From positions 16,494-80,493 of the forward strand of contig JBDXAK010000002.1 of NCBI GenBank assembly GCA_039981375.1: 64,000 nt of DNA, written 5' to 3'. Made by a program: the position numbers and the translations under genes. The notes beneath the pieces were generated by a model, which had not been told where the DNA came from, searched no databases, and worked only from the letters and a program-made list of their open reading frames with translations. This stretch comes from Gilvibacter sp. Its GTDB lineage: Bacteria > Bacteroidota > Bacteroidia > Flavobacteriales > Flavobacteriaceae. Shown here one piece after another: positions 58,197 to 64,000 of the stretch (position 1 is the first letter of the stretch; every line of letters begins with the position of its first letter).

Positions 58197-58223
58197 GCAA
58201 CGTTTTATCATTTTGCTGCGTCT
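58197..58223 (+). promoter_or_regulatory. ECF-type promoter (autoregulatory candidate)
   Basis: GCAAC (58197-58201), N17, CGTCT (58219-58223), 27 nt before the ECF sigma start. Confidence 0.65.
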
Positions 58224-58250
58224 ATAAGATAGCAGACCTAAAAAGTTTGA

Positions 58251-58817
58251 GTGAAAGTAATCGATTTACATACAGATCTAGAACAGCTAATTGCTAAAGC
58301 TTGTAAAGACAACAGAAGGGCACAAGAACAGCTCTATGGTATGTTTTCACCCAAAATGCTGAGTGTTTGCCGGCAGTTTATAAAGGTAACCGATAGGGCA
58401 GAAGAAGTGATGCTCACCGGCTTTTATAAGGCCTTCAAAAATTTAGACCAATTTAATGGTTCGGGAAGTTTTGAAGGTTGGCTTAGACGAATCATGTCTA
58501 GGGAGTGCATCTCTTATTTGCGAAAGGAAAAAAAGATTTACTTTGAAGACGAATCGAGTATCGATGCCACAGACCAGCACGCACATTATATAGAGACCAG
58601 TTTAGATCTGGACCATATTCAGCAACTTATCGACGGCCTGCCAGACGGATACCGCATCGTTTTTGTGATGTATGCCATAGAAGGATACAAGCATGCAGAG
58701 ATTGCAGCACACTTAAACATAAGCGAAAGCACTTCTAAATCGCAGCTATTTAAAGCACGTAAAATGCTTCAGCAGCAATTAAAAACATTAATAAGTACGA
58801 GTTATGGCACCCCTTAA
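58251..58817 (+). CDS. ECF RNA polymerase sigma factor
   Basis: Region 2 (AFKNLDQFNGSGSFEGWLRRI) and region 4 (LPDGYRIVFVMYAIEGYKHAEIA...TSKSQLFKARK). Confidence 0.95.
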   Translation: MKVIDLHTDLEQLIAKACKDNRRAQEQLYGMFSPKMLSVCRQFIKVTDRAEEVMLTGFYKAFKNLDQFNGSGSFEGWLRRIMSRECISYLRKEKKIYFEDESSIDATDQHAHYIETSLDLDHIQQLIDGLPDGYRIVFVMYAIEGYKHAEIAAHLNISESTSKSQLFKARKMLQQQLKTLISTSYGTP

Positions 58818-59583
58818 ATTCGAAGAAAACATAAAAGATTCGCTCGCCAAGCGAAGTATTGAGCCATCGGCAGGCAGTTGGAACAAGCTTTCTGCCAAAT
58901 TAGATGCAGATGCAGGCAAAAAGAGGACGTCTGTATGGTGGGCGATTGCCGCCGGCTTTGTTGGCCTTGTATTGATTGGCACCTTGTTGTTTAAAGGCGA
59001 TGGAGATACTAAGCAGCCAGAATTAGTACAGCAAGAAGTTCCTAAAGAGATTATTGAGTCTGAGAAAAAAGAGGTTTCTCCAAAGACTCAAGTGGCTTTA
59101 GAGACCCTAGAGGAGCTAGAAAAAACACCGCAAGAAAATGTATTAGTAGACCAGACATCAGAGAATAATTCAACCAAAAACACTACCGTAGCAGTTAATC
59201 AGACTTTAGAAAAAAGCGAAGAGAAACTTATAGAAAACACGCCTATAGCAACTCCGATTAAAATAGAAGTGGCAGACATTGATCCTGTGTCTAACAAAAC
59301 CGAATTAGAAAACAAAGTAGATCAAGTAGTCAATCAAATTTTAGACCTGCAGGCTCAAAACAGCAATGTTTCGGAGGCAGAAGTGGCTGCACTATTAGAC
59401 GCTGCACAAAAAGATCTCGAAGCCAAATCGCTAATAAATCCACTTACTCAAAAGGTAGATGCTATGGCACTATTAGATCAAGTTGAGTTTGACTTGGAGC
59501 GATCCTTTAGAGATAAAGTCTTTAATGCTTTGGGCGACGGCTTTAACAAAATACGCACTGCGATGGCAGAACGAAACAATTAA
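58804..59583 (+). CDS. putative single-pass anti-sigma factor
   Basis: Overlaps the ECF stop. Short cytoplasmic N-terminus (IEPSAGSWNKL), one TM segment, then a charged periplasmic region. Confidence 0.7.
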   Translation: MAPLKFEENIKDSLAKRSIEPSAGSWNKLSAKLDADAGKKRTSVWWAIAAGFVGLVLIGTLLFKGDGDTKQPELVQQEVPKEIIESEKKEVSPKTQVALETLEELEKTPQENVLVDQTSENNSTKNTTVAVNQTLEKSEEKLIENTPIATPIKIEVADIDPVSNKTELENKVDQVVNQILDLQAQNSNVSEAEVAALLDAAQKDLEAKSLINPLTQKVDAMALLDQVEFDLERSFRDKVFNALGDGFNKIRTAMAERNN

Positions 59584-59651
59584 TTCATTCATCAATCAAT
59601 AAGGCAATAGGCCTCGAAAGAGGCCTTTGCTTTTATCAAAATTCAAATCTT

Positions 59652-60692
59652 ATGAGAATCATTATCTATGGCATGGCAATCACCATGTGGCTGCTAAGTA
59701 CAGTTCAAATTTTTGGGCAAGACGACCAAACCACAAAGCAAATCGAACTGCTTACAAAGTCGATTGAACAAATTCAGCAAGAAGAAAAAGAAGCGCTTAA
59801 GGCAGAAGTTATGGCCATTAACGAGCGTCTTGAGGCCAACGAAATTACACAAGACGAAGCAGATGCGCAAAAACGTTCGGCCGCAGAACGACGTGCTTTG
59901 AATATTGAAAACCGCGTCGCAATTGTTACGAATAAAATTGCCTTTTTAGAGCGAAATGGAGCCGATTCCGAAGCAACTGATCGCTTTGAGATAAACTTAT
60001 TTGGAAAAGGGCTGCTCGATTTTGACTACACACCAAGAAAGCGTAAATACGATCGTCGCACTACCAGTGATTTTGTTTTGGCAGTTGGATTTAACAATGC
60101 CATTGAAGAAGGCACCTCTTTAGAAGATAGTGATTTTAAGATTGCTGGGAGTCGATTTGCAGAGATAGGTTGGGCTTGGAAAACGCGTGTTTTTGATAAT
60201 ACCAATTGGCTTAGAGTTAAATACGGATTTTCGTTTATGTTTAATGGTTTAAAACCAACAGACAACCGTTATTTTGTAGATACAGGTGTACAAACTGAAT
60301 TGCAAACTTTTGATAAAGATTTAGATAAATCTAAATTTAGAGTAGACAATCTTGTCTTCCCTGTGCATTTCGAATTTGGTCCTTCTAACAAGATCGAAAA
60401 AGAAGAATATTTTAGATACAACACGCATAACAAAATTAAAGTTGGGGTAGGGGGCTATGCTGGATTGCGTTTGGCTTCGCGTCAAAAACTCAAGTTTAAT
60501 GACGGAGGAGAAGAAATTAAACAGAAATTTAAAGGAAACTACAACGCCAGTAATTTTGTGTATGGGCTTAGTGCTTATTTAGGATGGCGTAATACCGCAC
60601 TTTACGTAAAGTATGACCTGAATCCAATCTTTAAAGACAATACTACAGAGCTGCGAAACATCTCTTTAGGGCTTAGATTTGATATGGATTAG
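59652..60692 (+). CDS. outer-membrane beta-barrel protein with N-terminal coiled coil
   Basis: Signal peptide, helical Glu/Lys/Ala-rich N-terminal part, amphipathic strands, C-terminal LGLRFDMD. Confidence 0.75.
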   Translation: MRIIIYGMAITMWLLSTVQIFGQDDQTTKQIELLTKSIEQIQQEEKEALKAEVMAINERLEANEITQDEADAQKRSAAERRALNIENRVAIVTNKIAFLERNGADSEATDRFEINLFGKGLLDFDYTPRKRKYDRRTTSDFVLAVGFNNAIEEGTSLEDSDFKIAGSRFAEIGWAWKTRVFDNTNWLRVKYGFSFMFNGLKPTDNRYFVDTGVQTELQTFDKDLDKSKFRVDNLVFPVHFEFGPSNKIEKEEYFRYNTHNKIKVGVGGYAGLRLASRQKLKFNDGGEEIKQKFKGNYNASNFVYGLSAYLGWRNTALYVKYDLNPIFKDNTTELRNISLGLRFDMD

Positions 60693-60710
60693 CCATAAGA
60701 TCAGGCTCAT

Positions 60711-60744
60711 AAAAAAGGGATTTTGCTAAGGAATCCCTTTTTTT
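60711..60744 (+). terminator. intrinsic terminator after the ECF locus
   Basis: AAAAAAGGGATT ... AATCCC followed by T7. Confidence 0.85.
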
Positions 60745-60813
60745 GTGCTCTCATAATAACCTTAGTGCATTCGCCTTTATATTTGTATCTTTTTAGACGT
60801 AAATTTGCAGGCG

Positions 60814-62793
60814 TTGATTTCTAAAAACACCATAGACAAAGTATTCGAAACGGCTCGCCTTGAGGAGGTGATAGGCGACTTCGTGGTGCTTAAAAAATCT
60901 GGGAGCAACTTTAAAGGATTGAGCCCATTTACAGAGGAGCGCACTCCTAGTTTTATGGTGTCTCCGGTAAAACAGATTTGGAAGGATTTTTCTAGTGGAA
61001 AAGGTGGGAATGTAGTGGCCTTTTTAATGGAACACGAGCATTTTACCTATCCCGAAGCCATTAAGTATTTGGCTAAAAAGTACGGCATAGAAATAGAAGA
61101 AACCGAGCAAACCGACGAGCAAAAACAACAGGCAAGCGAACGAGAAAGTCTGTATTTGGTAAGCGAATTTGCCAAGGATTATTTTCATAAAACTTTATTG
61201 CATAGCGAAGAAGGTAAGGCCATTGGCGAGACCTATTTTAAAGAACGTGGGTTTACCGCCGACACCATTAAAACCTTTGCACTTGGGTATTCACCTAATA
61301 GCTGGGATGCATTTACTACAGAGGCTTTAGGTAAAGGTTATAAACTCGATTATTTAGAGAAAACCGGCTTAACCATCGTAAAGGAAGCCAAGCAATTTGA
61401 CCGCTTTAAAGGTCGAGTGATTTTCCCGATTCAGAGTATGAGTGGTCGGGTTTTGGGCTTTGGCGGCCGAATCTTAACCAATGATAAGAAAGCAGCCAAG
61501 TACTTAAATTCTCCAGAGAGCGATATATATCACAAGAGCAAGGTGCTTTACGGGATCTATCATGCCAAGCAAACCATCGCGAAAGAAGATCGCTGTTACC
61601 TGGTAGAGGGATATACAGACGTGATTCAATTTTATCAACGCGGAATAAAAAATGTGGTCGCGAGTTCTGGAACAGCATTAACACCAGAACAGATTAGACT
61701 CATCAGTCGTTTAACAAAGAACATTACTGTTTTGTTTGATGGCGATGCAGCGGGTCTTAGGGCTTCGCTGCGCGGAATTGATCTCATTTTAGAGCAAGGC
61801 ATGAATGTAAAAGTTTGTGCTTTCCCCGAAGGCGAAGATCCAGATAGCTATGCGCGTAATCACACCTTAGAAGAGCTCAATGCATTTTTAGAAACGTCCT
61901 CTAAAGACTTCATCAACTTTAAAGCATCCTTACTGGTAAACGAAACAGCTCAGGATCCAGTAAAAAAAGCCGCTACAATTCGCGAGATGGTGCAGAGTAT
62001 CGCCAAGATTCCTGATGTGATTCAGCGAGAAATTTACTTGCAGGAGTGTGCCCGTATCATGGACATTAACGAAGAAGTATTGTTTAACGCCTTGGCTCAA
62101 ACCCTGAGTAAAGACGCCAAAGACAAAAAACGAGCTTCTTCTCAGGCAAGACCCCAAGAGAGTTTTGAGGTGATTGCAAACCAACAAACCACAGTCAAAA
62201 AAGTAGATAGACAACGCGTTCTAGAAACCGATATCATAAAATCCTTACTGCTGTACGGCAATAACGAAGTTGAGTTTGACGATGTGTCTTTTGAGCTAGA
62301 CGAGAATGGTGAAACCGTTTATAAAATAGAACGCAATACCTATAAGGTGTACGAAAAAATCTATTTAGACCTCCAGGAAGACGAAATAGAGTTTGCACAC
62401 GAAAACCTTAGTAAGGTGTATTATTCACTGGTAGAAACGCTTAATTCTGACGAAGAATTTAAGATTGAATTGCTAGTAAATCGTCTAGAACAAGAGCAAT
62501 CGGATTATGTGAGTGACATTCTAATGACAGAAGAAAAACACGAGCTGAGCGATTGGGAAAGCAAGGAGATTTATGTAAAAAAGAAAGAACAAACTATCTC
62601 TGAGTTTGTAGATCAACTCATTTTACATCTTAGAAACGAATTGATACGGCAAAAAATAGATTCTATTTCGATAAATATCAACGAAAAGAGCGAAGAAGAT
62701 CGCTTGCAGCTACTGTCTGAGATTGTGGACTATCAAAGACTTGATAAGGTAATTACACAACGTTTGGGAATGGTGGTCTCTAAAACTACCTAA
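60814..62793 (+). CDS. dnaG: DNA primase
   Basis: Zn-finger-like region (LSPFTEERTPSF...KDFSSGKGG), RVIFPI, KYLNSPE, VEGYTDV and TOPRIM FDGDAAG. The TTG at 60814 is preferred because the TTG at 60805 lies inside the -7 box. Confidence 0.96.
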   Translation: MISKNTIDKVFETARLEEVIGDFVVLKKSGSNFKGLSPFTEERTPSFMVSPVKQIWKDFSSGKGGNVVAFLMEHEHFTYPEAIKYLAKKYGIEIEETEQTDEQKQQASERESLYLVSEFAKDYFHKTLLHSEEGKAIGETYFKERGFTADTIKTFALGYSPNSWDAFTTEALGKGYKLDYLEKTGLTIVKEAKQFDRFKGRVIFPIQSMSGRVLGFGGRILTNDKKAAKYLNSPESDIYHKSKVLYGIYHAKQTIAKEDRCYLVEGYTDVIQFYQRGIKNVVASSGTALTPEQIRLISRLTKNITVLFDGDAAGLRASLRGIDLILEQGMNVKVCAFPEGEDPDSYARNHTLEELNAFLETSSKDFINFKASLLVNETAQDPVKKAATIREMVQSIAKIPDVIQREIYLQECARIMDINEEVLFNALAQTLSKDAKDKKRASSQARPQESFEVIANQQTTVKKVDRQRVLETDIIKSLLLYGNNEVEFDDVSFELDENGETVYKIERNTYKVYEKIYLDLQEDEIEFAHENLSKVYYSLVETLNSDEEFKIELLVNRLEQEQSDYVSDILMTEEKHELSDWESKEIYVKKKEQTISEFVDQLILHLRNELIRQKIDSISININEKSEEDRLQLLSEIVDYQRLDKVITQRLGMVVSKTT

Positions 62794-63418
62794 ACTGGAA
62801 CATTCGCGACTGGTGAATCAGATCGGCCAGGTTGTCTACTTTTAATTTTTTAAGCAAACGCGTTTTATAAGTGCTTACCGTCTTTTCGTTAATGTCTAAA
62901 GCATTGGCAATATCTTTATTACGCTTTCCGCTAGACAATAAGTTAAGCACTTCTATCTCACGAGAAGACAACTTTTTATAGCGGCTTATCGCACTCGACT
63001 CGCCAACATTGCGAGATGTAAATGTAGATGTAAGTTCTTCGTTCAAGAATATTCCTCCTTTAGCTATTAGTTCTAATGCATCTAAAAATACTTTAGTAGA
63101 TGCGGTTTTGGGCACATACCCAGCAGCCCCCGATTTTATAGATCTCAATGCATAGATCTCTTCTGGATTGGTCGAATAAATTAAGACACGTACATCTGGA
63201 AATTCTGCTTTTATGGTTCTCAACGCTGTGATTCCATTTATCTGCGGAATATCGATTTCCATGATGAGTACGTCTGGCTTTTGTTCTCTAAGAGCTCGAT
63301 ATAATTCTGTTCCGTTATGAACTTTATTTATAATCTCTAAAGATTCGTGATCTGCCAAAAGACACTCGATTCCTTTGCGTACAATTGGATGGTGATCTGC
63401 TATTAATACCTTTGTCAT
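62786..63418 (-). CDS. NarL/LuxR-family response regulator with atypical (Asp-less) receiver
   Basis: Receiver ADHH...DVLIMEIDIP and LuxR HTH LSSREIEVL...TVSTYKTRLLKKL. Confidence 0.9.
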   Translation of the reverse strand: MTKVLIADHHPIVRKGIECLLADHESLEIINKVHNGTELYRALREQKPDVLIMEIDIPQINGITALRTIKAEFPDVRVLIYSTNPEEIYALRSIKSGAAGYVPKTASTKVFLDALELIAKGGIFLNEELTSTFTSRNVGESSAISRYKKLSSREIEVLNLLSSGKRNKDIANALDINEKTVSTYKTRLLKKLKVDNLADLIHQSRMFQFR

Positions 63419-63561
63419 AATTGTGAGGTTATTCTGTCCTGCAATCGTTTAGATTGCTGCAATTATTGTAGTATAAATACTACATTTACTCAAATGTATA
63501 AAAAAGGTAGGGGGACAAAGTCAAATTTCGTTTAACTTCAATTATATTCGATAAAGCACGG

Positions 63562-64000
63562 TTAAACCTTGTACTCTTCGGGTATTTCGCATACAGGAAT
63601 GGGATTCATCTTATGTTGGTTGGCCGAATTGAGTCTGCAGTAAAGAATAAATACTTCTTTCTTACGACCGTCAAAATCGTCTTCGTGCTTGCCAATTTCT
63701 TGCATATTCATGGCCCATTCTAACTCGTCGTAACTCGCTCCAATTTGATCTTCGTCTGTGCGACTATCTCCAAATAATCCATCTGTAGGAGCAGCTTGCA
63801 TAATGGCTGTTGGAACCTTAATATGAGCCCCGACTTTGTACACTTCGCTTTTTAATAAATCGGCAATTGGGCTAAGATCTACTCCACCATCGCCATACTT
63901 TGTATAAAAACCTACGCCAAAGTCCTCTACTTTATTTCCAGTGCCACACACCAAATACCGCTTTAAGCCTGCAAAATAATATAAGGTAGTCATGCGCAGT
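63562..64000 (-). CDS. nadE: NAD+ synthetase, 3' part (truncated by the window edge)
   Basis: GTGNKVEDFGVGFYTKYGDGGVD, ADLLKSEV, APTDGL and DEDQIGASYDELE motifs. The frame continues past the window end. Confidence 0.93.
   Translation of the reverse strand, partial: LRMTTLYYFAGLKRYLVCGTGNKVEDFGVGFYTKYGDGGVDLSPIADLLKSEVYKVGAHIKVPTAIMQAAPTDGLFGDSRTDEDQIGASYDELEWAMNMQEIGKHEDDFDGRKKEVFILYCRLNSANQHKMNPIPVCEIPEEYKV

Noticed and set aside
1-64000. Mobile elements, prophage, CRISPR arrays, defence systems, tRNA or rRNA
   Set aside because: I saw no integrase, transposase, cas or phage-like ORFs, no spaced direct-repeat arrays, and no intergenic gap with tRNA or rRNA features. The inverted repeats found are explained as terminators.

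Overview
This is a chromosomal, mostly core-genome segment of a Bacteroidota bacterium, most likely Flavobacteriaceae. The assignment rests on gldA, a T9SS C-terminal sorting domain, GLPGLI proteins and TAnnTTTG-type promoter boxes. The window holds about 57 CDS and I saw no IS element, prophage, CRISPR array, tRNA or rRNA. Housekeeping genes include thyA, etfAB, pdhB, hppA, metK, rsgA, dtd, aroA, queA, rlmN, dnaG and a partial nadE. These surround several poorly understood envelope modules: a two-component system divergent from two GLPGLI genes and a beta-barrel gene, a probable 3-keto-glycoside (oxidation-elimination) sugar catabolism cluster, a duplicated PagL-like barrel + GIN lipoprotein module next to gldA, two catalytic/non-catalytic pairs of DUF3857 transglutaminase-like genes, and an ECF sigma/anti-sigma/OMP locus. 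The strongest observation is absent from the ORF track. It is a 23-codon leader peptide (MNLLHTFYNYWFFYFQREIGNRM, 37390-37461) with a complete 1:2 / 2:3 / 3:4 attenuator layout directly upstream of the pheA-aminotransferase-tyrA-DAHP synthase/chorismate mutase operon, and it appears to sense Phe, Tyr and Trp together. All family calls come from motif recognition by eye; no database searches were run.
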